The notes under the pieces were generated by a model, which saw nothing but the letters and a program-made list of their open reading frames with translations, was not told the DNA's origin and searched no databases. Below are positions 38,321 to 47,813 of a stretch of DNA of 64,000 nucleotides, in pieces (position 1 is the first letter of the stretch; every line of letters starts with the position of its first letter). Made by a program: the position numbers and the translations under genes. The stretch comes from Candidatus Poribacteria bacterium (GTDB lineage: Bacteria > Poribacteria > WGA-4E > WGA-3G). The DNA lies in NCBI GenBank assembly GCA_963663765.2, contig CAXXUA010000002.1:1-64000 (forward strand), given 5' to 3'.

Positions 38321-39928
38321 TCAATCTGTTTTGTTAAGTATAGAAGATAAGTCCCATACGAGGATTGATCCATCACCACCTGCACTTGCAAGTGTCGTTT
38401 TGTCAGCACTTAGTGATATATCGCCTGAAAAGGAGGTATGACCCATCAAAATCTTTTCGTATTGTCCATTGGTAACATCCCAAAGATGTATGTGTTCATA
38501 CCCACCTCGAATTGCGATAAGTCTCCCATTGTTTGTGAACAACAATTCTCTCCAAAGGAGTTCCTTAATTGTTGAAAGTGTCATTATAGTTTTTCCAGTG
38601 TGTATATCCCATAAGCGCACACTTCCATCCCAACTTGAGCTTGCTAATTTGTCACCTTTGGGACTGAATAAAACTTGATAAATATCTTCTGGATGTTCCG
38701 TAAGAGTCATTGTAGAATTGCCTGTTGTAGCTTCAAAAAGGTGAATGTTTCCATCTTTATTGCCAGCTGCCAGCAGACTTCCATCCCTACTGAAAGACAC
38801 ACAAGTAATAGATCCTATTCTTTCAGCGAGGAAGGCTTTTTGTGTATAAGTTTTAAGATTCCAAACTAATACAATTCCTTCATCTCCGCCACTTGCAAGT
38901 GACTTTCCATCTGGACTGAATTCAATGTCGTTAATGAAACCTTTATGTCCTATCAATTTTCTTCTTAGTTTTCCTGTTTTAGTATTCCAAAGGCGGAGAG
39001 ATCCGTCACTGTTTCCACTTGCAAGCCAGTTTCCATCCGGACTAAATGCTGAACTATCTGGTAAAGTGTCCGATTGAATTCTTACACGATTAAGATTAAA
39101 GTTTGATCTACGGGATACTTTATATCCTTTGAACGTTTTCTTTAATTCTCCTGTTGCTAAATCCCACAGACGAATGGGATAACCTTGTCGCAGTATTGCA
39201 AGAGTTTGACCATTTGGACTAAGAGAAATGTGATTTTGAAATAAATTTCGAAACTCAGAAAAACCTGTAAGTCTTTTGATGAGTTTTCGTGTGCGTGTAT
39301 CTTTTATACTGATGATGTAACGAAATTTATCTGTAGTAGCGAATGTCTTTCCATCAGGACTAACCTCAAAACTAAAGACTGCTTCTTTATCCTCAACTAA
39401 TGCATCATAAGAATCACTTTTAGTTTCCTGATACAATTGAATGGTTTTATTTTCTTTTTCAATTGTAAATGTCATTTTGTCAGGACTGAAGTAGACATCT
39501 TTACTCATAAATATCATTCTACTTTCTCCGGTTGTGACATCCCACAAAAGTAAGATACCACCATCAATTTCACTAATAAGTGTTAGTCCATCAGCACTGA
39601 ATGTAGTGCGATTAATTTCCCGAATTTCAATACTACTCTTTTTTTTGATTGGAATTGGCAACAATTTGATTTCTTGATAGGTCTCGGTGTCGTGAAGCCA
39701 AATTCCAATTTCTGTAACGACAGCAAATATATTACCGTCTGGAGAATACAACATATGCTGTATTCGTCCTTTACCGAGTCGTGATTTTGCATCTCTTGGT
39801 AGACCCATCTGTGTGTAATTTTGAGCAAAGCAGGTTGGTATACACAGCATCGAGAGGATGCTAATCAGTAAGACCTTTAATATCAGATTGGGGATAAATA
39901 CTCTGATTTTCATTGCGTTTATTTTCAT
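38321..39928 (-). CDS. Secreted WD40-repeat protein
   Basis: Signal peptide, NYTQMGLPRDAKSRLGKG leader and WD40 repeats. Confidence 0.88.
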   Translation of the reverse strand: MKINAMKIRVFIPNLILKVLLISILSMLCIPTCFAQNYTQMGLPRDAKSRLGKGRIQHMLYSPDGNIFAVVTEIGIWLHDTETYQEIKLLPIPIKKKSSIEIREINRTTFSADGLTLISEIDGGILLLWDVTTGESRMIFMSKDVYFSPDKMTFTIEKENKTIQLYQETKSDSYDALVEDKEAVFSFEVSPDGKTFATTDKFRYIISIKDTRTRKLIKRLTGFSEFRNLFQNHISLSPNGQTLAILRQGYPIRLWDLATGELKKTFKGYKVSRRSNFNLNRVRIQSDTLPDSSAFSPDGNWLASGNSDGSLRLWNTKTGKLRRKLIGHKGFINDIEFSPDGKSLASGGDEGIVLVWNLKTYTQKAFLAERIGSITCVSFSRDGSLLAAGNKDGNIHLFEATTGNSTMTLTEHPEDIYQVLFSPKGDKLASSSWDGSVRLWDIHTGKTIMTLSTIKELLWRELLFTNNGRLIAIRGGYEHIHLWDVTNGQYEKILMGHTSFSGDISLSADKTTLASAGGDGSILVWDLSSILNKTD

Positions 39929-39995
39929 ATTAGCAGTGAAGTTCTGCGCGTTTACAAAACGCGCTGACTGAGTTTGAGAAAATTAGAATTAACGT

Positions 39996-40261
39996 AACTC
40001 AAGTTGCTACCTTGTAGCATAATCTGTTAGATTGTGTATTTTAGCACACAAACTTCAAAAAAGTGTATTGTACTCTATTAAAAACGGTGTCTGCATATCT
40101 AAAAACCTAATGAAGTTTGACAATCAAATCGGTAGTTGAATTCGTAGGGGTTGGGTTCCCCAACCCGTTTGGTTTTTGAGTTTGCGAAGATCTTGTGTGG
40201 AAACCACGCCCTACGAATACACAACTTGAACGTCAAAACTCATAAGGTAGCAACTTGGGTT
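39996..40261. mobile_element. MITE with 18-bp TIRs and 5-bp TSD, containing REP units and a possible nested element (about 40110-40243)
   Basis: aactcaagttgctacctt/aaggtagcaacttgggtt flanked by AACGT on both sides. Internal gtagcataatctgttagattgtg and gtaggggttggg...gccctac. Confidence 0.65.
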
Positions 40262-40272
40262 AACGTAGTAGA

Positions 40273-41886
40273 CTATTCTATTGTTTCGCCTGCTTTATCT
40301 ATTGGGATAAAGTAATAACCGAAGATAATACACATCTCGTCTTCGGAGGTAAGTCCGAATTGGAGTGGTACATCCTTGTCATAGTTGTTGTGTGTACATT
40401 GGAAAGATAATGCATCACCTACGCCTAAAATGAGCGGTATATCAAAGAGTGTAATCGGTGCATCGTCATAGGCAATGCTCCGATGCAATAGATCTCCTGA
40501 AGACTTTTGGAATATTTCAAAGAGTTCTCCGTGTCTATGCATGTGTGAGGTGAGAAGGAAGACATGTAATTCTGTATCTGGGTCGTGTCCTCTACGTTCC
40601 AATTCGTCTTCAACATACCACGTCAATTTTGCAACACGGGTTGTGTTTGGTGGCACGTTAATGCTTCTGTTTGAGACAAAGATTTCAATTGCCTCGTACT
40701 TTACCTCATCCTCTGGTATTGTATAGATATTGACATAGGTTTCGCCGATCAATGTTTCATCACCGAGCAGGTTGATATAGTGTGAATTGAGGTCAAAGAC
40801 GGTATCACCGGGTAGACGTAAACCTACACCTTCAGGGAACTCAAATTTTGTATCGTCGGTTTGTGTGCCAACGACAAAAAGTCTATCAATCCCGAAGTTT
40901 CCAAGGACTTGTGGGTCATCAGGATCAAGTTCACGGAATTGGTCTTGTGGGTTAACCCCGATAGTTGGGTCTACACCTCTGTTTTGCACACCGTTTTCAA
41001 GTCCTTCATTTGTGAGACGATATACGATGAAATGATGACTTCCTGAAGGATAGAAGATTTCAACTCTGTTGATGAATATATCTTCCTCAAGGGGTTGTCC
41101 TTTATCGTCCTTAATTTGCGTAGCATAGAAGACTTCTCTTTCTGTGCCCGGTTCAATTTTGAAAGCTGGTAAATGTATTTGGTAGCCTTCTCCGGGATCG
41201 GGTGGTGGTGGCGGAGTGAAGACTTCTTCGGGGTCGCGTAACACGCCGAGGTCGCCGACTCCAGCGACTTTTCCGGTGCGTGGCGCGCCAGCTGCGATCC
41301 ATGTCCAGATAGCATCTATTTTGCCTTTGTGAATGGGACCCATTCCAAATGGCATGCGTCCACCCATTGCGGCATCTTCTGGACCCAATAATTTCGTGAG
41401 TAGAAAACTGTTTTCAGGATTATTTGGGTCAACAAGTTTCATTCCTGCGTCCGCTGCGGCTTGATTTCGTGGTACTCGGTCGACCAAATCTTGGTAAGAT
41501 TGTCCATAGGTAAGATTCAGATTTGCTGCATTTGCAGGGGGAGCGTGGCATACACCGTTTGCACAACTCTTATCAAAGATATTGTCTTGAATATCGTGAT
41601 AGGTAGAGTGATCATCATGTTCAGTTTCACCGAAACGATTTGCAATCCTCACAAGGTCAAGGACATTGACAATACCATCGCGATTGACATCTGGATTCTG
41701 GTCTGATGTTCTATCTCCAGGACCTCCAAATGCGTTTGAGACTAAGACAAGGTCAAGTATATTTACGGTGCCATCATTGTTGACATCTTCCAACAAGGTT
41801 GATTCATTGTCATGACTGAACACAATAAACGATACACCTACTATAAGTAGTAAACTAAACGTGGCATAAACTATTTTTCTATTCAT
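40273..41886 (-). CDS. Secreted dockerin-like + c-type heme-like + copper type II (PHM/DBH-like) monooxygenase fusion
   Basis: Signal/TM segment; two DVNxDGxVNxLDLV repeats; CANGVCH with downstream RMP; copper ligand motifs SHH, NSHY, SHMH and DEMC. Confidence 0.75.
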   Translation of the reverse strand: MNRKIVYATFSLLLIVGVSFIVFSHDNESTLLEDVNNDGTVNILDLVLVSNAFGGPGDRTSDQNPDVNRDGIVNVLDLVRIANRFGETEHDDHSTYHDIQDNIFDKSCANGVCHAPPANAANLNLTYGQSYQDLVDRVPRNQAAADAGMKLVDPNNPENSFLLTKLLGPEDAAMGGRMPFGMGPIHKGKIDAIWTWIAAGAPRTGKVAGVGDLGVLRDPEEVFTPPPPPDPGEGYQIHLPAFKIEPGTEREVFYATQIKDDKGQPLEEDIFINRVEIFYPSGSHHFIVYRLTNEGLENGVQNRGVDPTIGVNPQDQFRELDPDDPQVLGNFGIDRLFVVGTQTDDTKFEFPEGVGLRLPGDTVFDLNSHYINLLGDETLIGETYVNIYTIPEDEVKYEAIEIFVSNRSINVPPNTTRVAKLTWYVEDELERRGHDPDTELHVFLLTSHMHRHGELFEIFQKSSGDLLHRSIAYDDAPITLFDIPLILGVGDALSFQCTHNNYDKDVPLQFGLTSEDEMCIIFGYYFIPIDKAGETIE

Positions 41887-42635
41887 TATTTGCGATTAAC
41901 CTCCAGATTTTGTTCGTCTGTATTATCTGTAACATTGTTGATAAACTTTTCCTTTGAAGTGAACCTATATTTCAAGAGTGTCCATGCAGCAAAAAATCCG
42001 TCCGACCAAAAACGGAGTTTTTTACCTTCCTTTTTTGTACGTGGCGAATAGGAAACCGGAACTTCATGTATGTGATATCCAGATCGTAGTATTTTTGCAG
42101 TAATCTCAGGACAGAATTCAAATCCCTCACAAGTTAAGTCAATTTGTTTGATAAGATTTGTGGTAAACAGTTTATATCCTGTGGCTTCGTCGGTGATTCT
42201 GCTTCCGTAGAGTATATTTGTATACAATGCAAGCATGCGGTTTGCTAAATAGTTATGAATACTTGCATTTCCTCTTCCGTTGAGAAATCGTGAACCGTAA
42301 ACGACATCTACTTTCCCTTTCTCCAAGGGTTTGATTAGATGTAATAAATCATATGGAGAAAGTTCCATATCAGCATCTTGTATTACGACAGCATCGCCAT
42401 TGACATGTGGAATTCCGGTGCGGATTGCGGATCCTTTTCCTTGATTTTTTTCACAATGAACAATAGTGAGATTTTCGTTTTCAGTTAGTTTTTCAAGGAT
42501 AGCCTGGGTTCCATCTGTTGATCCGTCATTGACTACGATGATTTGTGTTTCAAGTGGTAGTGCTTGTACAGTTTCCAGTACCTGTTGAATTGTTTTCTCT
42601 TCATTGTACGTTGGAATAATAACAGATACTAGCAT
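41886..42635 (-). CDS. Glycosyltransferase family 2 (DPM1-like)
   Basis: SVIIPTYNE, VNDGSTDGT, NQGKG, QDAD, VVYGSRF and EVPVSY.PR motifs. Confidence 0.9.
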   Translation of the reverse strand: MLVSVIIPTYNEEKTIQQVLETVQALPLETQIIVVNDGSTDGTQAILEKLTENENLTIVHCEKNQGKGSAIRTGIPHVNGDAVVIQDADMELSPYDLLHLIKPLEKGKVDVVYGSRFLNGRGNASIHNYLANRMLALYTNILYGSRITDEATGYKLFTTNLIKQIDLTCEGFEFCPEITAKILRSGYHIHEVPVSYSPRTKKEGKKLRFWSDGFFAAWTLLKYRFTSKEKFINNVTDNTDEQNLEVNRK

Positions 42636-42728
42636 TGTGCATTTTTTGATAGCAATAAGTCGTTAACGTTTAGCAAGTTAGAGTTCAAAATATTATCTAA
42701 TTTCCTTTTTGTGTTAACCGACAATTGA

Positions 42729-43520
42729 TTAGAGTAACGATTTTACCATACCGCCGTCTGCTTGAATAGTTGTTCCCGTGATATAACTTGCTTTTTCTGA
42801 AGCGAGGAAAACGACCAAGTTTGCGAATTCTTCTGGATCTCCGATTCTCCCGAGTGGGATATCTGCTGTCATTTTTTCGAGTGCATCTTCATAGGAAATT
42901 CCAGCTTCTTCTGCGCGTACTGTTGCGAGTTGTTTAATTCTGTCAGTGTAGATAATACCTGGGCACACGTTGTTGACGAGGATGTTATCTGGTGCGAGTT
43001 CTGTTGCGAGTGTTTTTGCGAATCCGATGACCCCTGTTCGTGCCATATTTGATAGCATGAGTCCGTCAACGGGTTGTTTAACTGAGACAGAAGTGAGATT
43101 TATTATCCTTCCGCTTCCTCGTTGTCGCATATATGGGACGACAGCGCGACATAAATTGATGGTGCTCATTAAATTTAGATGTACTGCATTGTGATAGTCT
43201 TCTGGTAATAGGTCATCAAACCTGCCGGCTCTTGGTCCGCCAGCGTTGTTAACCAGAATATCAATGCCACCAAAATGACCTAATACTTTTCCTATTAGAG
43301 ATTCTACTTGATCATGTTTGCTGACATCGGTTGGTATTGCTAACACTTCGGAACCCGTGGCGTTACGTATATGTGTTGCAGTTTCCTCAAGAGTATCTGC
43401 GTTTCTCGCACAGATGGCGACCTTTGCGCCTTCATGTGCTAATCCCAATGCGATTGCTTTTCCAAGTCCTTTACTGGATGCGCCTATAACTGCAATTTTG
43501 TCCCTGAGTCCGAGGTTCAT
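42729..43520 (-). CDS. SDR-family oxidoreductase
   Basis: GASSKGLG, DILVNNAG and NNVCPG motifs; the catalytic YxxxK is replaced by SNMAR, as in atypical SDRs. Confidence 0.88.
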   Translation of the reverse strand: MNLGLRDKIAVIGASSKGLGKAIALGLAHEGAKVAICARNADTLEETATHIRNATGSEVLAIPTDVSKHDQVESLIGKVLGHFGGIDILVNNAGGPRAGRFDDLLPEDYHNAVHLNLMSTINLCRAVVPYMRQRGSGRIINLTSVSVKQPVDGLMLSNMARTGVIGFAKTLATELAPDNILVNNVCPGIIYTDRIKQLATVRAEEAGISYEDALEKMTADIPLGRIGDPEEFANLVVFLASEKASYITGTTIQADGGMVKSLL

Positions 43521-43583
43521 ATTTTTTAAATAGGCTACGGTTTGCCTAATCCTTTCAAAGTGGGTGTACTGTCTAATTGGTTA

Positions 43584-43612
43584 AGTATACTGATTATGTG
43601 TTTTGTTGTCAA
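43584..43612 (-). promoter_or_regulatory. sigma-70-type promoter for the SDR-GT2-monooxygenase genes
   Basis: TTGACA-N17-TATACT on the minus strand. Confidence 0.7.
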
Positions 43613-43630
43613 GGTTTAAAACCGTTGCGG

Positions 43631-43996
43631 CAGGGTTATTTAGTTTTAGTAGTTTTTGCAGATATTTATAACATTCGTGAATTAGATGCGTAGGTCGGGT
43701 AGAGCGATAGCGAAACCCATAGGTGTCAACTTAAGGAATTTTACCTCTTGTGGGAGGGGTTTTCAACCCCGATTTTATGTTCATTTCCACTCAAATCGGG
43801 GTTAAAAACCCCTCCCACAAGAGAATATGCCAACACTTTTTTCTTAAGTTGACACCTATGGGTAGAGCGATAGCGAAACCCGACATGTATTGATTGTAGT
43901 TGTCATGTCGGGTTTCGCTATCGCTCTACCCGACCTACGATATAAACTTTATGTAACACCCATCAACTGATAATTCTTAAAACTAAATAACCCTGC
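43631..43996. mobile_element. MITE family A with internal REP doublet and nested MITE C
   Basis: TIRs cagggttatttagtttta/taaaactaaataaccctg; 9-bp TSD CCGTTGCGG (43622-43630, 43997-44005); inverted homologue at 50243-51613. Confidence 0.85.
43719..43859. mobile_element. MITE family C inserted in a REP arm
   Basis: 17-bp TIRs ataggtgtcaacttaag/cttaagttgacacctat; flanking direct repeat gggtagagcgatagcgaaaccc (43697-43718, 43860-43881); internal REP pair gtgggagggg...cccctcccac. Confidence 0.85.
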
Positions 43997-44006
43997 CCGT
44001 TGCGGA

Positions 44007-44137
44007 CAGAGGCATTCAATTGTCACTTAAGTTTCTTGTGGGAGGGGTTTGTAACCCCGATTGCTTGAGTAGAATCGGCTCCCGAATCGCGAAAATCACC
44101 AAAAAATTAGGAAAAATTCGACAATTGAATGCCTCTG
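44007..44137. mobile_element. MITE family D
   Basis: 18-bp perfect TIRs cagaggcattcaattgtc/gacaattgaatgcctctg; 10-bp TSD CCGTTGCGGA. Confidence 0.85.
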
Positions 44138-44239
44138 CCGTTGCGGATTTTTTTGATTGAACCAGAATTTTGAGATATTCAGGATTTAACTCATAAATGA
44201 TCATTGATGTGTGATTGTGGTTTTTGTTTTGAACGTGAG

Positions 44240-44363
44240 TTGTCTGAACCAGGATTTGCAGGATTATTAGATATTATGGATTTACCTCAATAGATCCTAT
44301 TCCAAAAGTCGATATATAAACACCTATCAAACAACTTTGATAGGGTGATCCTAGTTCAGACAA
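44240..44363. repeat. Short element with terminal inverted repeats
   Basis: ttgtctgaaccaggat/atcctagttcagacaa (1 mismatch). Confidence 0.5.
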
Positions 44364-44510
44364 GTAACCAGAACTTTACATACCATGCAAAAATAAACAA
44401 TGAAAAAATGCTGAAATTATGCTATAATACTATGTGAAAAATGGAGAAAACGTTAATATACAAACGTTGAGCATTCAACATTTTATAACAACTTTTAGAT
44501 TAGGTAACCA

Positions 44511-45611
44511 GTGAATACAACAAAGAAAAAACTAACCCCCAAACCCGGTATTGAAACTCTCAAAGCCTATCAGGGTGGTAAACCGATTGAAGAGGTTAAA
44601 CGCGAACTCGGTATCTCTAATATAATCAAATTAGCTTCAAATGAAAATCCGCTTGGTGCTCCACAATTGGCTTTATTGGCAATTAAAGAGAATGCCACGA
44701 AAGTAAATCTATATCCCGATGCGAATGCCTATTATCTCAAAGCAGACTTAGCAAAACATCTCGGCGTAACCGAAGACCATCTGATCCTGACAAACGGTTC
44801 TAACGAGGTGTTGACACTCGTCGGTGATACTTATCTCAGCCCAGGTGACGAAGTCATCTATTCAGAAGGTGCATTTGTTGTCTATGGACTTGTAGCAAAG
44901 ATTGCTGGTGCTACATCTGTTGTTGTGCCAATGCAGAACGACACACACCACCTATCATCAATAGCAGCAGCAATCACGGATAAGACAAAAGTTATCTTTA
45001 TTGCAAATCCAAATAACCCTTCAGGAACAATGGTGACCGCAGCTGAAACAGCACAATTCATGGCTATGGTGCCAGATAACGTTTTGGTCATCTATGACGA
45101 AGCGTATTATGAATATGTCACGCGTACTGATTATCCACAGACGCTACCCTATGTGATGGAAAACCGTAACTTCATTATCACACGAACTTTTTCCAAAATC
45201 TACGGTCTTGCTGGATTGCGTGTTGGCTATGGTATCGCACCACCTTCTATTATTTCTACGATGAATGCTGTTCGGCAACCGTTCAACTGTAACGCAATAG
45301 CACAAGCAGCCGCACGCGCAGCTTTGGAAGATAGTGATTTTGTTGAGAAAAGCAAAGAACTCAATGAAGTAGGAAAATCATTCCTTTATAATGCATTTGA
45401 CAAATTAGGGTTAAGATATATTAAATCTGAAGGAAACTTCATCATGGTTTTTGTAAATCAAACGGGGGCAAAATTAGCTGAAGCCATGATGCAAAAAGGT
45501 GTAATTGTTCGAGAAATGAAAGATTACGGATACCCTAATGCAATCAGGGTTACCATCGGCATAACGAATCAGAATGAACGGTTCATTGAAGTACTTAAGT
45601 CTTTTATTTAA
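44511..45611 (+). CDS. hisC: Histidinol-phosphate aminotransferase
   Basis: KLASNENP, NPNNPSG, DEAY.EY and RTFSKIYGLAGLRVGY motifs. Confidence 0.93.
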   Translation: MNTTKKKLTPKPGIETLKAYQGGKPIEEVKRELGISNIIKLASNENPLGAPQLALLAIKENATKVNLYPDANAYYLKADLAKHLGVTEDHLILTNGSNEVLTLVGDTYLSPGDEVIYSEGAFVVYGLVAKIAGATSVVVPMQNDTHHLSSIAAAITDKTKVIFIANPNNPSGTMVTAAETAQFMAMVPDNVLVIYDEAYYEYVTRTDYPQTLPYVMENRNFIITRTFSKIYGLAGLRVGYGIAPPSIISTMNAVRQPFNCNAIAQAAARAALEDSDFVEKSKELNEVGKSFLYNAFDKLGLRYIKSEGNFIMVFVNQTGAKLAEAMMQKGVIVREMKDYGYPNAIRVTIGITNQNERFIEVLKSFI

Positions 45612-45652
45612 TACGAAAAATTTGACTTCTAAAACTGAAAGCCATACTAACT

Positions 45653-46765
45653 ATGAAAGAACTAATACAAATAGATAATCGAAGACCTACCCGAACTATA
45701 AATGTAGGAAACATACCGATTGGTGGCGGAAACCCAATTTCCATCCAGACGATGACCACTACCCTAACGCACGACATTGATGCGACATTAGCACAGGTTG
45801 AACGGTGTGCAGAAGCAGGTGCACAAATCGTCCGAGTGGCTGTACCAGATGAAAAGGACGCAAAAGCACTTAGTCAAATCGTGAAACGTTCCCCTGTCCC
45901 AATTGTTTCTGACATCCATTTCAACTATAGATTCGCGCTGGATGCAGTAGATGCGGGTGTCGCAAAGGTTCGCATCAATCCGGGGAACATTGGCAACGAA
46001 GAACGGATTGCGCAAGTGTTGTCTGCAGCAAAATCCGCAAATATCCCCATTCGCATCGGTGTCAACGAAGGATCACTTGAAAAAGACCTATTAGATAAAT
46101 ATCCCTCACCCACAGCAGAAGCGTTGGTAGAAAGTGCTATGCGGCATGTCAAAATCTGTGAAGAACACGATTTTACAGACATCGCAATCTCCGTCAAATC
46201 CAGCGACCCACTACGAATGATAGAGGCGAACAGATTGCTTTCTGCGAAAGTGCGTTACCCCTTACACCTCGGCGTAACCGAAGCAGGGACACCGCGACGT
46301 GCACATGTCAAATCCACCCTCGGCATCGGAACACTATTATTAGACGGTATCGGTGACACCCTCCGAATCTCCATAACAGGCGACCCTGTTGAGGAAGTAT
46401 TGACTGCAAAAGAACTGCTCCGCGCATTAGGTATGGCAGACAATATATTAAATGTCATCTCTTGTCCATTTTGTGGACGTGGTGACCCTGAAGCAAATTA
46501 TGAAAACATCGTTGCTGTTGCAGAGGAAATTTTGGAGAAAAACGGTATCATAGGTGATATTGCAATTATGGGATGTGAAGTCAACGGTCCAGGTGAAACG
46601 CGCAACGCAAAAATCGGTATTCATCTGGGAGGCAAAGAACTGGCTGTACTAAAAGTCAACGGTGAACGGGTGCGTACCTTCCGTGGAAAAGACGAAGTAA
46701 ATCCAGAGTTTTTAGCGAATGCTTTAATAGAAGCAGCACAGCAGTTACAAACATCTGAAATGTGA
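45653..46765 (+). CDS. ispG: 4-hydroxy-3-methylbut-2-en-1-yl diphosphate synthase
   Basis: DIHF, RINPGN, IRIGVN.GSL, PLHLGVTEAG, GIGDTLRIS, SCP.CGR and MGC.VNGPGE motifs. Confidence 0.95.
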   Translation: MKELIQIDNRRPTRTINVGNIPIGGGNPISIQTMTTTLTHDIDATLAQVERCAEAGAQIVRVAVPDEKDAKALSQIVKRSPVPIVSDIHFNYRFALDAVDAGVAKVRINPGNIGNEERIAQVLSAAKSANIPIRIGVNEGSLEKDLLDKYPSPTAEALVESAMRHVKICEEHDFTDIAISVKSSDPLRMIEANRLLSAKVRYPLHLGVTEAGTPRRAHVKSTLGIGTLLLDGIGDTLRISITGDPVEEVLTAKELLRALGMADNILNVISCPFCGRGDPEANYENIVAVAEEILEKNGIIGDIAIMGCEVNGPGETRNAKIGIHLGGKELAVLKVNGERVRTFRGKDEVNPEFLANALIEAAQQLQTSEM

Positions 46766-46860
46766 GACTTTGATTATCTTGTAATATGAGACCAAAACTT
46801 TTACTACACTTTATGTTTTATGGAGGCTATAGGTGATGTTTGCAAACCTATAGAATAAAT

Positions 46861-47787
46861 ATGAAAAAGGTTATGTTTTTCTTTGTTTTAACTGTTATAA
46901 GCACATTTGCTATTTCTCCGCTTAGACCTGCTGAGGATAAAGATGACAAAGCACCTGAAGGGATGGTGTTGATTCCTGCAGGTGAGTTTGAAAGGGGCAG
47001 TAATCATTTTAGAGATAATGAAAAACCAATTCACAAAGTCTACGTAGATGCTTTCTATATGGACATACACGAAGTGACCGTTGGTGAATATAATCGGTTT
47101 GTCAAGGAGACAGGACATCGTCCATTACCTCCTTGGGTTTCAAAATATTCACCAACAGATAAACATCCTGCGGTTTGCGTGAGTTGGCATGATGCTATGG
47201 CTTTTGCAAAGTGGACAGGTAAGCGGTTGCCGACAGAAGCGGAATGGGAAAGAGCCGCGCGAGGTGGTTTGAAAGGTAAATACTATCCGTGGGGTGATGC
47301 TGCACCAGATGGCACACAATGTAATTTTTCTGACATAAACTCGGGTAGAGACAATGCAGATAAAACTGTTGATGATGGTTATCAATGGAATGCACCAGTA
47401 GGTAGTTACCCGCCTAATGCTTACGGACTCTACGATATGACAGGGAATGTGTGGGAGTGGTGCCTTGATGCGTATGATGCAGATTATTATTTGGACTGTT
47501 ATTATTCAGATCCGCCCCTCAAGAATCCAGTATTAGGAACAACCGTTGTTGACTGGCTTGAAAACAACGTAATTTTACCCCGCAAGGATGTCCTGTTGAG
47601 TACAAACGACATAGATTGGGTGATTGCAAATGCCTCCACTATACATTCTAAACGTGTGTTACGTAGTGGTTCCCGTGCCTGTACTGTTGAAGTAATACGG
47701 GTTTCCCATCGGAACAGTAATGTGCCAACGACTACTTATTACAACGACTTTGGGTTTCGCTGCGTCAAGGATATAAAACCTAAATGA
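46861..47787 (+). CDS. Secreted FGE-sulfatase (SUMF1-like) domain protein
   Basis: Signal peptide, RLPTEAEWE.AARGG, N.YGLYDM.GNVWEW and GFRCV motifs; the FGE catalytic Cys pair is not evident. Confidence 0.88.
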   Translation: MKKVMFFFVLTVISTFAISPLRPAEDKDDKAPEGMVLIPAGEFERGSNHFRDNEKPIHKVYVDAFYMDIHEVTVGEYNRFVKETGHRPLPPWVSKYSPTDKHPAVCVSWHDAMAFAKWTGKRLPTEAEWERAARGGLKGKYYPWGDAAPDGTQCNFSDINSGRDNADKTVDDGYQWNAPVGSYPPNAYGLYDMTGNVWEWCLDAYDADYYLDCYYSDPPLKNPVLGTTVVDWLENNVILPRKDVLLSTNDIDWVIANASTIHSKRVLRSGSRACTVEVIRVSHRNSNVPTTTYYNDFGFRCVKDIKPK

Positions 47788-47813
47788 CCATAGACATAAA
47801 TAGAACATAATCA

